Source: a phage
Length of the DNA stretch: 64,000 bases
Direction: 5' to 3' (one strand)
Sequence record: OZ346212.1
Part shown: positions 27,796 to 36,263 of the stretch, one piece after another
Layout: the number at the start of each line of letters is the position of its first letter
How positions within the stretch are numbered: position 1 is the stretch's first letter
Position numbers and translations under genes: made by a program
Notes under the pieces: model-generated
Told to the model about the DNA's origin: nothing
The model's database searches: none
The model's input: only the letters and a program-made list of their open reading frames with translations

Positions 27796-28088
27796 TCTCC
27801 CTCTACCGTGGTCGGATTGTCAGTAAGAAATTGAGCATTGGCTGGAGGCACGCCTGACATTTTCCACACAACCATAAGTTTATAACCAGGCACTCTATTA
27901 AGTGCAGATCGAGTAGAGTTTGTGCACGTATACTTTCGCTTTCCAAACCCGTTCTCCATCATAATCCAGTACCCAGTATCTTTGTCACCAGGTATCGGTA
28001 GACCACCTTCATCAACCCACTGAATTGACCACGGCACGATGGCTACAGCTTTATATTTAAACTTTTTAAACCACTCAAAAAGTTTCAT
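27792..28088 (-). CDS. hypothetical protein (98 aa)
   Basis: Track ORF; ATGA overlap. Confidence 0.5.
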   Translation of the reverse strand: MKLFEWFKKFKYKAVAIVPWSIQWVDEGGLPIPGDKDTGYWIMMENGFGKRKYTCTNSTRSALNRVPGYKLMVVWKMSGVPPANAQFLTDNPTTVEGD

Positions 28089-28388
28089 AATTCAGCCCCG
28101 CATAGACATAATCACTATAAATAGGCAAACAATGAATCCGAATGCCACGCCACCCATAAACGTTAATATTGATGCAATCATAGTCAATCAGCCTCGCCTG
28201 GCAACTCTTCTACCTTAACATGCCGAAAAGTGTTACCGTAATGGTTGATCCATGACATCAGCTCACTTTCTTGCTCTTCCTCTGGGATGAACTCTCGAAT
28301 ACTGACAAGTTTTAAGAAAACCTAATCACAATCTGCACCCATTCTACCAGACAGACAATAGTGCTTCATAAAAACCCTCCCGCCCGGT

Positions 28389-28583
28389 TTAGAATATTGC
28401 TTCTTCCATTGCGCCTGAGAGCAACAAAGAGGTGATCTGGCTAACATTCATCTCAGACTCTACTTCCTCCCCTTTGAAAGGTTCGCGGCAGAATAGGACT
28501 GTTTCAGGACTTTTACTTCGAACAATATAATACAAATCATTCAATGTGTTGTAGTAATAAGTGTTAAAACGTAAGTTTTTCAT
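28389..28583 (-). CDS. hypothetical protein (64 aa)
   Basis: Track ORF. Confidence 0.45.
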   Translation of the reverse strand: MKNLRFNTYYYNTLNDLYYIVRSKSPETVLFCREPFKGEEVESEMNVSQITSLLLSGAMEEAIF

Positions 28584-28867
28584 TTTCTAGTCCTCTTCTT
28601 AGATTTTTGGGGAGAAACGCTTTCTGCAATACGAGACAGACGTTCTTCTGAAGCCTTACCTACTCCAGGTTTTTTGAGTGGATTATCTTTATGACCACAA
28701 TCCAACTGGATATTGGATACCTCTCCAACTTTGTAAGTCAATTCTAGCAAAAGGTTGTCGTCCTTGTCAAATGTTTTTACGATAAATTTTTTATCGTTCT
28801 CCTGAACTTCATATCTGGTACCTGCAGTATACAGCATGGTGCCATCAGCATAGGATATCCAGATCAT
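28580..28867 (-). CDS. hypothetical protein (95 aa)
   Basis: Track ORF; basic C-terminus. Confidence 0.5.
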   Translation of the reverse strand: MIWISYADGTMLYTAGTRYEVQENDKKFIVKTFDKDDNLLLELTYKVGEVSNIQLDCGHKDNPLKKPGVGKASEERLSRIAESVSPQKSKKRTRK

Positions 28868-29211
28868 TGAGCCTCCTTTTGCTGCAACAGCATTAACTCT
28901 TTGTTAGAGATCTTTACTGCTGTTTTTATTGTTCCATCTTCACGAAACCACGACCAGAACTCTACAGTGTCACCACTATCAAGTAAAGCATGCCCATGGT
29001 AAAAATCTTTGTCCTTAGACAGTTTCTCATCTATATCTGCATCAACACATTCGTGATCCAGAGCATTTTGCCTGAACGCATCGGTTATGCCAATGCACGC
29101 CTTGCTCTCAAGACTGGTATATCCGATATCTTTTAATTCAGTTTCCCAAGTCCAGTACCCTATAAAAGCTAAAACAGCTACCCACAGTAATAACGTTTTA
29201 ATCTTTGGCAT
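28864..29211 (-). CDS. hypothetical protein with N-terminal signal/TM segment
   Basis: MPKIKTLLLWVAVLAFIGYWTW hydrophobic N-terminus. Confidence 0.5.
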   Translation of the reverse strand: MPKIKTLLLWVAVLAFIGYWTWETELKDIGYTSLESKACIGITDAFRQNALDHECVDADIDEKLSKDKDFYHGHALLDSGDTVEFWSWFREDGTIKTAVKISNKELMLLQQKEAQ

Positions 29212-29273
29212 TCTCTCTACCTCTTTCTTAGTTTATTTCACTATGGCACATCCTTTGTGCCATATCTCAACTA

Positions 29274-29744
29274 CTACTTAAATAGTAGTTCAAAATAGTG
29301 CAAAATTAACAGAAGTTGAACTACACCTAGTGCAACGGCGAGTATGTTAATCTTAGAATCGAAAAACTTCTTAACTTTTACTCTAAAAGGTTCCTTAATG
29401 TCCTTTACGATCCTATCTATAGATGACCTCATATCTCTGATTACCATCCTGAACATTAAAGACGGATGCTCCCCCATCTCCGTAACGGAATCGAAAACAT
29501 ACTCTCTTCGGTCATAAGGGCCGCCAGCTCTGCGTATTAACCTCTCCACAGAGACCTCGAACGTCACACCTGTAACGTAATCATCTATAACAAGTCGTGA
29601 CGGGTCTTTACCTTTACTATCAAGAGGTATCAAAGTTATCTTTCCAGATTTTGTTAAAATTTCCCCTTTTTCAAGCAAGGTGTACCAATGCTCTCTGCCA
29701 AGACTGTTGAGGCACGTTTTTACATATTTAACAAACATCGTCAC
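29274..29744 (-). CDS. hypothetical protein with C-terminal TM helix (156 aa)
   Basis: C-terminal ILAVALGVVQLLLILHYF. Confidence 0.5.
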   Translation of the reverse strand: MTMFVKYVKTCLNSLGREHWYTLLEKGEILTKSGKITLIPLDSKGKDPSRLVIDDYVTGVTFEVSVERLIRRAGGPYDRREYVFDSVTEMGEHPSLMFRMVIRDMRSSIDRIVKDIKEPFRVKVKKFFDSKINILAVALGVVQLLLILHYFELLFK

Positions 29745-29944
29745 CCCTCATCGCACGTCTGATATAACCACTCTATAAAATCTTGATACCATTCGCCCTC
29801 TGAGCGCTCCGTAGGCCAATAATCTTCACCCTCTCGTGCATTAAAATCTGAGTATTCAACTTTCCACTCCTTTACCAGCTCGTGGAGAAGGTTTTCAGCC
29901 TGCTCTAAAGATTTATTTTTTACCATTGCTGTCTCCTTTTTCAA
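29741..29944 (-). CDS. hypothetical protein (67 aa)
   Basis: Track ORF. Confidence 0.45.
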   Translation of the reverse strand: MKKETAMVKNKSLEQAENLLHELVKEWKVEYSDFNAREGEDYWPTERSEGEWYQDFIEWLYQTCDEG

Positions 29945-30145
29945 GATAGTTATACATCAGAACTGCACCACCTAAGATGGCTACCAGTAACAATATCCCA
30001 GATAGCATCTCAATAAACATGGCTTGAAACACTGGAAGGTCTCCCTAAATTAACGCACCATTTTAAATACATGCTCTTTTCCCATAAAGGTGCCTGGCTA
30101 AGATCTGCGTAGAACGCAATCTCTTTAAGAACAGTATAGATAGTT

Positions 30146-30373
30146 TTAGGTGCGGTCTCCATCCCTACTCTCCTTCCTGATATTCTTGTAGTAATCAACT
30201 AGGCACATTATTACGATGAAGATAACAACAGGCCAAAAAGGTGCAGCAGTGATGATGGTGATAAAATCATCAAACTTCACCCTTCGTCTGGACACGATGC
30301 ATACACCTGTCAAGAATACCGCTGTTATAACGGACATTACCAGGTAACCTATTAGCACAACATTTATACTCAT
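30146..30373 (-). CDS. small membrane protein with two TM helices and charged C-terminus (holin-like topology)
   Basis: VVLIGYLVMSVITAVFLTGVCIV and ITIITAAPFWPVVIFIVIMCLV followed by KNIRKESRDGDRT. Confidence 0.45.
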   Translation of the reverse strand: MSINVVLIGYLVMSVITAVFLTGVCIVSRRRVKFDDFITIITAAPFWPVVIFIVIMCLVDYYKNIRKESRDGDRT

Positions 30374-30403
30374 TGGTCCTCCCTTTGTAGGTTAAATTGT
30401 ATA

Positions 30404-30937
30404 CTACAAATGGTCGCTGAGGGTGTCAAGAAAATTATCCCGTTCTTTCTCAGAGTTTTCATGTGTGTAGCTGAAAAACATATCGAGAATAACCTTATTG
30501 ATATATTCCAGCTCCTCTGTGTTCAGATGCTTAGCAGGATCTACAATGACATCCCAAATATCATACAGACCGCACTCATGATACCCATAACGCCACTCAA
30601 TTGTCAAGCTGAGCGGCAAATCTTTACCTTCACAAACAACCTTCCATCTACATATGTTGGTATCTGGTCGTACCTGTGCACGGTACACCTGCACAAAATC
30701 CAATTTGAATTTGAGGTACTCGTCATACAATTTAAGCACAAAGCTCTCGATTTGTGGAGACACTTTTGCAGCAAACTGTGCGTATTCGTACTTGCACTGG
30801 ATGATCTTTCTGCGTTTTGCAGTTAAATTTTTTGCCGCCAGTTGTTCTTCAGTGTATCTCCACCTACGATCAACAAACGCAACAGGGTCTTTGTCCCCAT
30901 AGAGGTCTTCCCAGTTAATCAGAAGCATACCTGTCAC
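30404..30937 (-). CDS. hypothetical protein (177 aa)
   Basis: Track ORF. Confidence 0.55.
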   Translation of the reverse strand: MTGMLLINWEDLYGDKDPVAFVDRRWRYTEEQLAAKNLTAKRRKIIQCKYEYAQFAAKVSPQIESFVLKLYDEYLKFKLDFVQVYRAQVRPDTNICRWKVVCEGKDLPLSLTIEWRYGYHECGLYDIWDVIVDPAKHLNTEELEYINKVILDMFFSYTHENSEKERDNFLDTLSDHL

Positions 30938-31167
30938 TCCTCCACAACTTCAAGGCCTTTACCGCCTCGCTCTGGCAGATTACTTAAAGATAGGTAATAC
31001 ATATAATCAGGAGAGATCCTGCCAGACTCTGCACCTGCAGCTAGTAAATCCTTCCCTTTAACCAGGACAACATTCTCGTTTGCAGATAGCCGTTTTGCTT
31101 CCACAATTTTACCAACACAGTCAACCAAGGAAGGGTACCCTAAATCTGTAAGAAATTTAACTTTCAT
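30934..31167 (-). CDS. small protein, MKVK...EIVE paralog family
   Basis: MKVKFLTDLGYP...VKGKDLLAAGA...LEVVEE. Confidence 0.6.
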   Translation of the reverse strand: MKVKFLTDLGYPSLVDCVGKIVEAKRLSANENVVLVKGKDLLAAGAESGRISPDYMYYLSLSNLPERGGKGLEVVEE

Positions 31168-31204
31168 GCTACCTCCTACCTACCGTCCCTGGTAAGATAA
31201 ATTA

Positions 31205-31603
31205 TTACTGAACAGAGCGCGGTGCTGGGAAGGATAACTCTTCTAAAGAGAAGATTTCATTTCCTACCACCCAAGTTGCTGGGTCATCTGGATCAACAGG
31301 TTGGATAATCATTACCTCATCCGCCTCGCACACACGTTTCCCACCCATAGTAGCGTCAGCCACTAACATACGCGGCTCTTCAGAAATGCACAGGTAGCCA
31401 CCTCGGCCCACTGTTCCTTCCACGGGATCCTGCCCTTTGACCACAATGAATACCTTCTCTCCTGTGGCGATATTACTTTTCACACTAACAGTTTGACCAA
31501 CTTTAGATGTACCGATCTTGGTGGCTTCAAACATTAAATCCCGAATTACTGTTGCATAGTTGCCGGACACTTTCTTACCTTCTTTAGTAATCTCAATCTT
31601 CAT
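31205..31603 (-). CDS. hypothetical protein, possible distant family member (132 aa)
   Basis: MKIEITKEGKKV...; track ORF. Confidence 0.5.
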   Translation of the reverse strand: MKIEITKEGKKVSGNYATVIRDLMFEATKIGTSKVGQTVSVKSNIATGEKVFIVVKGQDPVEGTVGRGGYLCISEEPRMLVADATMGGKRVCEADEVMIIQPVDPDDPATWVVGNEIFSLEELSFPAPRSVQ

Positions 31604-31872
31604 AACCTAGGCTCCTTAAATGAATCTATGTAATCAATTAAATCCCAAGCATCGCGATGGGCTGTCAGAGGGTATACTTCTCCGAGAGGGATCATAGCAA
31701 TAAGTCTATCAAAAACCCAGTCTGGACGCAACATTTTATGGTGATATTCCCACTCACCTTCCACAGATTTTTTCTGAGTGATCAGGATCTCTGTGTAGTG
31801 TTTCGCCTGTCTTGAGTAGATTGAAAATGACTTGTACATAAAGACCCCCTCTTGTTGAAAACAACAATACAC
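31600..31872 (-). CDS. hypothetical protein (90 aa)
   Basis: Track ORF. Confidence 0.5.
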   Translation of the reverse strand: MYCCFQQEGVFMYKSFSIYSRQAKHYTEILITQKKSVEGEWEYHHKMLRPDWVFDRLIAMIPLGEVYPLTAHRDAWDLIDYIDSFKEPRL

Positions 31873-31874
31873 AA

Positions 31875-32159
31875 CTACCAGGTTACTGTCAAGTAGGCAA
31901 CCGTATTATTTTTCTCTGGGGAGATGCCAACAACATCTACCTGCAGACCTCCTGCCCTTAAATCTCCAACAATGTGCGGGAAGTAATCTGAGAGATGCGA
32001 GGGTAGATTTATCGAAAATCCGCACCCCAGAAAGCCTGCTAACGCTTTATTTTGTATCTCCCCTACAATCGCATCATAAATGGAGTTAAGCTCGTCAGGG
32101 AGCGTTACAGGACGTTTTAGCGCTAACTGGTGTAATTTGTCCTTAGCACTCATTTTCAT
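31875..32159 (-). CDS. hypothetical protein
   Basis: Internal Met (MKMSAKDK) gives 4-nt overlap with upstream gene; track ORF extends to 32189. Confidence 0.5.
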   Translation of the reverse strand: MKMSAKDKLHQLALKRPVTLPDELNSIYDAIVGEIQNKALAGFLGCGFSINLPSHLSDYFPHIVGDLRAGGLQVDVVGISPEKNNTVAYLTVTW

Positions 32160-32689
32160 TTCAGGTCTACCTCTGGTGGTGCCAACCACATAAATGGCGG
32201 CAAGCCTAAACGGTTTTTCTTATCCCACACAAAATATGCATATGCTTGCCCGTCAGTTCTGCCATTTGATTGAAAAGATGGACGCTTAGATATTGTGATC
32301 ACAGTGGTAGGTGCATTATCAAGCCACCATTCAAATCTGGCTTTGCTTTCCAGAAAATTAAGACGCAAAAGCATAATAACTACGTCAGCATCTTTCAACG
32401 CCTTGTCTACAAACTCACGAGCCAAACTGTATGGTGGGTTGGTGATAATACAGTCAACATGGTTGTATTCTGTATTCAGATAGTCAACACCTTCTTGGAT
32501 TTCTCCCCATGCAGATCCTAACGGCATACGGGAGTAGAACACACCTGAGGCACTATTCCTGCAAGGCTCTAAGTAGGTCCAGTCTTCTGGGAACGGAATA
32601 AGGTCATACAGCCCTTCTGCACACCACTCCGGTGTCACATACTCATCGTAGGCGTTACGTTGTTCATCAGGTTTTCGAGCACAAGTCAT
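32156..32689 (-). CDS. putative N6-adenine methyltransferase (NPPY motif)
   Basis: CIITNPPYSLAREF catalytic motif IV. Confidence 0.45.
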   Translation of the reverse strand: MTCARKPDEQRNAYDEYVTPEWCAEGLYDLIPFPEDWTYLEPCRNSASGVFYSRMPLGSAWGEIQEGVDYLNTEYNHVDCIITNPPYSLAREFVDKALKDADVVIMLLRLNFLESKARFEWWLDNAPTTVITISKRPSFQSNGRTDGQAYAYFVWDKKNRLGLPPFMWLAPPEVDLK

Positions 32690-32740
32690 GCAAATCTCCA
32701 GATCATAAAAGCCCTCCGAAGAGGGCTTTAGAATTAATGT

Positions 32741-33790
32741 TTAAGCTTCTTCGACAATTCCTGCACCCAGGATTTTTTCATTGAGCTCTTTTGCTGTTTT
32801 AATAATATTGTCCACCAGACGCTTGCGAGTCTTATCTTTTACCTTAACCTCTTCACCGCCGTTCAGGGTTGTCTTCAATTGGGACAGAATGTCTTGAAGT
32901 TCAACGACAGAGAATCGCTGCAGATCTTCTGAGGTAATCTCGCCTAAGGCAATCTTAACGGTCTCACCACTTTCCATCTGCAGGTTCAGGAACACAGTGT
33001 GAACATCACCTTTCGAACCACCCGCTTTTGCAGATTCAACAGCATGAACTAGCTCATCTAAAGAGGTGCACTGGTGAATCTCCGGAAGACCTGCTTCACC
33101 TAGCACACCTTCTTCATCACCTTTTGCCAAAAGCTTTTTAGGTTTTTGTCCGTTCTGGATGCGTTGTATGTTGCCTTCATCCAGAATGATAGCTCCAGTT
33201 CGAGCTGCCAGCTCCTCTCCGTCCAACCACACTTCGCCACCCGCTGTGATGGATGCGATCTCATCTTCTGTCAGCACCCAACCGTAGTATTTTTCGATCA
33301 GGCGTTCGAAACGTTTTTTCCAGTAGCTGACCTGAGTATTCATGTTCACACCATTGCCATAAGTGCCGCCTTGATAGTAGTGGAACATAAACTCTGTGTC
33401 CGGAGCCACAGTGCGTTCTTTGCAACCCAGCCATAGGATTGTTCCAGCAGAGCAGCACATCCCTTCAGCATGTGCAACAACGCTTGCCTGAGACTCGCGG
33501 AATGCCTGTAGATAAGCCATTGCAATGTGCACGCAACCCCCAGGGCTATTGATGATCACACGAATGCTTTCTTCCGGCTGAGCCATACGGATCGTCTGCA
33601 GACGAGACATATGATCCTGCAGGTCCTCCAAATCGTCGATATAAAGAACGTGGTCAACAACAGGTGTTGGGTAGCTGTATGTTTCCATAATACCACCCGG
33701 CATACCAAACATTTTATTACTCATAGGTTCGAAACCGTTCTGTTTTTCTTTCATGCCGTGTACCATGGTTCTGCGAGGTGTTAAATTCAT
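32741..33790 (-). CDS. ClpP/S14-family serine peptidase-like protein with C-terminal extension
   Basis: INSPGGCVHIAMAYLQAF...GMCCSAGTILWLGC resembles ClpP core around the catalytic Ser. Confidence 0.6.
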   Translation of the reverse strand: MNLTPRRTMVHGMKEKQNGFEPMSNKMFGMPGGIMETYSYPTPVVDHVLYIDDLEDLQDHMSRLQTIRMAQPEESIRVIINSPGGCVHIAMAYLQAFRESQASVVAHAEGMCCSAGTILWLGCKERTVAPDTEFMFHYYQGGTYGNGVNMNTQVSYWKKRFERLIEKYYGWVLTEDEIASITAGGEVWLDGEELAARTGAIILDEGNIQRIQNGQKPKKLLAKGDEEGVLGEAGLPEIHQCTSLDELVHAVESAKAGGSKGDVHTVFLNLQMESGETVKIALGEITSEDLQRFSVVELQDILSQLKTTLNGGEEVKVKDKTRKRLVDNIIKTAKELNEKILGAGIVEEA

Positions 33791-33850
33791 GAGAAATCCT
33801 TAATATTGGAAGTTGAAAGCTATTTATTTAAACCTGATTCACATTTACCT

Positions 33851-34162
33851 TTATTTAGCAATCACTATGGAATACTTACGATTGTCAGAAGCATCACAAC
33901 TCAATGATTGCCAGTCTACCACATACCACGTATCATTGTCAACAATTACTTTATCGCCTGTTCTGTAGCAAGTGCTGCTTTCAATAATTCGAGACTCGAT
34001 AAAGAATCTGTGTCGGCGCTCACGTAGCAACGCTAAGTTAATTATATTACCACCGCTGTCCTTGGTCCACACATTCTTGGATCCCTTATTTGCCAAAATT
34101 GTCTCGCCGTTATAGACAAACAGGCAGTATATTTTATTCAGTTTCTCTTGTATTGTAGCCAT
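33851..34162 (-). CDS. hypothetical protein (103 aa)
   Basis: Track ORF. Confidence 0.5.
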   Translation of the reverse strand: MATIQEKLNKIYCLFVYNGETILANKGSKNVWTKDSGGNIINLALLRERRHRFFIESRIIESSTCYRTGDKVIVDNDTWYVVDWQSLSCDASDNRKYSIVIAK

Positions 34163-34263
34163 ACTGTCCTTCTCTCTGTTTTGTCCGATAATAATATCTA
34201 AAGCTTACCTATTTGTCAACAACTGTTTTAGATATTTAAGGGTGGAATAACCACCCTTCTGTA

Positions 34264-35052
34264 TTACTCGGAAACAGGGGTCCAAATATGATTTGCACGA
34301 TCCTCAATAAGATTGAGTGCGATCTGACGACCCAACCCAGAACGAACGACATCGTCTGGACTATCAAAGCTGATCATTCCAACCTCAGGATCTGGATGAC
34401 GAGTAAAGAAATCCGTCACCCATGCAAGGCCAGATTTACCAGGGATGTCACGTTGGCTATTATCACCCATAATTACAAGGGTGGCTTGATCAGAGATCCT
34501 TGTGATAATTGACAACATTTCTTCAGGGTTAGTTTGCTGTGCCTCGTCAATCAGGACAAAGCATCGCTCATCGAAACTACGACCACGAATGCTTTCAACT
34601 TCACAAATCTCGATACGGCTGTTCTGACCGTCTCCCAGCATTGCGGCAAAAGCACCTTTGCCAACACGACGACAAATCGTGTCCATCATGCTTCGAAGAT
34701 AGGGCCACAGTTTCTGCATTGCATTTCCAGGTTTAAATCCTGAAGTCTTTCCTGTCTGAACGTAAGGACGTGCAACAATAATCTTATCAATCTCGTTCTT
34801 ACGCAGAAGATCACCTGCATATGCAGATGCCATGAATGTCTTACCGGATCCAAACACACCGTTTACAATAATAATCTTACGTGACCCTAGATAATCAAGA
34901 TACTTTTGCTGCTTCTTATTCATTGGTCTGAGAGCTGGAGCGGTGTGCTCTCTTTCGTCAGCAAATTTCTCAGCAGCCTTACGCAGGCGATCAGATTTGC
35001 GAGCCTCTCTAGCTTCATCACGCATGCGTTTTGTTTCTTTAGCTCGACCCAT
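34264..35052 (-). CDS. phoH: PhoH-like ATPase
   Basis: Walker A GVFGSGKTFMA and PhoH-typical downstream motifs (VLIDEAQ...). Confidence 0.8.
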   Translation of the reverse strand: MGRAKETKRMRDEAREARKSDRLRKAAEKFADEREHTAPALRPMNKKQQKYLDYLGSRKIIIVNGVFGSGKTFMASAYAGDLLRKNEIDKIIVARPYVQTGKTSGFKPGNAMQKLWPYLRSMMDTICRRVGKGAFAAMLGDGQNSRIEICEVESIRGRSFDERCFVLIDEAQQTNPEEMLSIITRISDQATLVIMGDNSQRDIPGKSGLAWVTDFFTRHPDPEVGMISFDSPDDVVRSGLGRQIALNLIEDRANHIWTPVSE

Positions 35053-35090
35053 GTTGGGACTCCTTTCAGATTGAGATGTGCCAAGTACTT

Positions 35091-35441
35091 TTACTGCAAC
35101 AGTTTTTCAATAGCCGCTTCCATGCTGCTTGCAACAGCCTGAACTCGGATATTCATCTCTTCTTGGTGGATCAGCTCCTTAAGCTCTTTAATGGTAAATT
35201 CTTTAGAGAAACCTTCCACCATAATCTTGTGCAAGGCTTCTTGCGTGTCTACTTGCAAGAACTTTTCCAGTTTGTTGGCAGAGGCTTCTAAATCAGCCCG
35301 AATACGAGGGTCATCTGTGCGATTCAGCATTAGGCGTAAGCCATCAAGATTAGTAGAAATAGCATCTGCATGTTGAGTAACTAACCGTGGCAAAATGAGA
35401 TCTACAAACTTATTAGCCAAATCGATACGTTCTTGTGTCAC
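35091..35441 (-). CDS. hypothetical protein (116 aa, GTG start)
   Basis: Track ORF. Confidence 0.5.
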   Translation of the reverse strand: MTQERIDLANKFVDLILPRLVTQHADAISTNLDGLRLMLNRTDDPRIRADLEASANKLEKFLQVDTQEALHKIMVEGFSKEFTIKELKELIHQEEMNIRVQAVASSMEAAIEKLLQ

Positions 35442-35551
35442 TGTTGCACCCCCTCTTCATCTTCATGATGTTTCTTTTCACGCTTGTGTTTTTTCTTAAG
35501 CTCAAGCGCAATCTCTTTCTTGTACGCCTTCTTCAAGGCTTTTTTAGCCAT
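35438..35551 (-). CDS. small lysine-rich protein (37 aa)
   Basis: SD GGAGGTG then ATG; MAKKALKKAYKKEIALELKKKHKREKK...; below track cut-off. Confidence 0.35.
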   Translation of the reverse strand: MAKKALKKAYKKEIALELKKKHKREKKHHEDEEGVQQ

Positions 35552-35613
35552 TTGGCACCTCCTCTGCTTTCATTACGGCAATTATAACCAACTCAACAAA
35601 GCTTTGTCAACAA

Positions 35614-36087
35614 CTAGTCTACCTGAACCCAACCGCCTGATACTTTTTTAAACATTCTTTGGTTATCACTGCCTCGGAACGGTTTCTTGGTTGGTAAATC
35701 TTTTACATACTTACCGTCAATGATGATATCAGCCAGTTTAATAACATCACTAGAGATATGGTCAAATGTGAACCCAGTATATACAAGAATAGTTTTCTTG
35801 TCACCAAATTTTTCCTTAATTTTCTCCATCAGGCTAATAATATCTGGCTCATTATAGTATGCTAAGGGTTCTCCACCCAGTAGAGAGATACCGCACACAG
35901 ACGGGTTATCTAAATCTGACAAGATTTTTTGCAAGTCTTCTTCAGTGAACTTCCTCCCCTTATCTTTTGACCAAAATGCCTGATTAAAGCAACCAGGGCA
36001 AGCGTGTGGGCACCCAGATACCCACAAGGCAGTTCTAATACCTGGTCCTTCGGTGTAAGATATTTCTGTGTATCCAGCAATGTTCAT
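35614..36087 (-). CDS. nrdG: anaerobic ribonucleotide reductase activating protein (radical SAM)
   Basis: CxxxCxxC cluster VSGCPHACPGCFN. Confidence 0.8.
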   Translation of the reverse strand: MNIAGYTEISYTEGPGIRTALWVSGCPHACPGCFNQAFWSKDKGRKFTEEDLQKILSDLDNPSVCGISLLGGEPLAYYNEPDIISLMEKIKEKFGDKKTILVYTGFTFDHISSDVIKLADIIIDGKYVKDLPTKKPFRGSDNQRMFKKVSGGWVQVD

Positions 36088-36200
36088 AGATACTCCGCAT
36101 CACATTTAGGGCAATGCCAAATAAAATCGTCTAGTGCCTTGCACCAACGAAGATTACAACTACAGCCGCACTTGCAAATTTTATAAATACCTGATGACAT
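36084..36200 (-). CDS. small Cys-rich protein (38 aa)
   Basis: SD GGAGGTG then ATG; KICKCGCSCNLRWC...HCPKC; stop overlaps nrdG start. Confidence 0.35.
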   Translation of the reverse strand: MSSGIYKICKCGCSCNLRWCKALDDFIWHCPKCDAEYL

Positions 36201-36263
36201 ACTGCACCTCCTAGCTCACTGTGTGTCAATAATATGCCACATCCTTGTGGCTTTTGTCAAGAA

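Noticed and set aside
30010-30198. 62-aa minus-strand ORF overlapping the 30146-30373 membrane-protein gene
   Set aside because: Overlaps a better-supported gene in another frame; no SD.
33146-33784. Plus-strand ORFs (85 and 96 aa) inside the ClpP-like gene, and similar plus-strand ORFs inside nrdD, nrdA, PhoH and the sirtuin-like gene
   Set aside because: Antisense to motif-supported genes in a uniformly minus-strand block.
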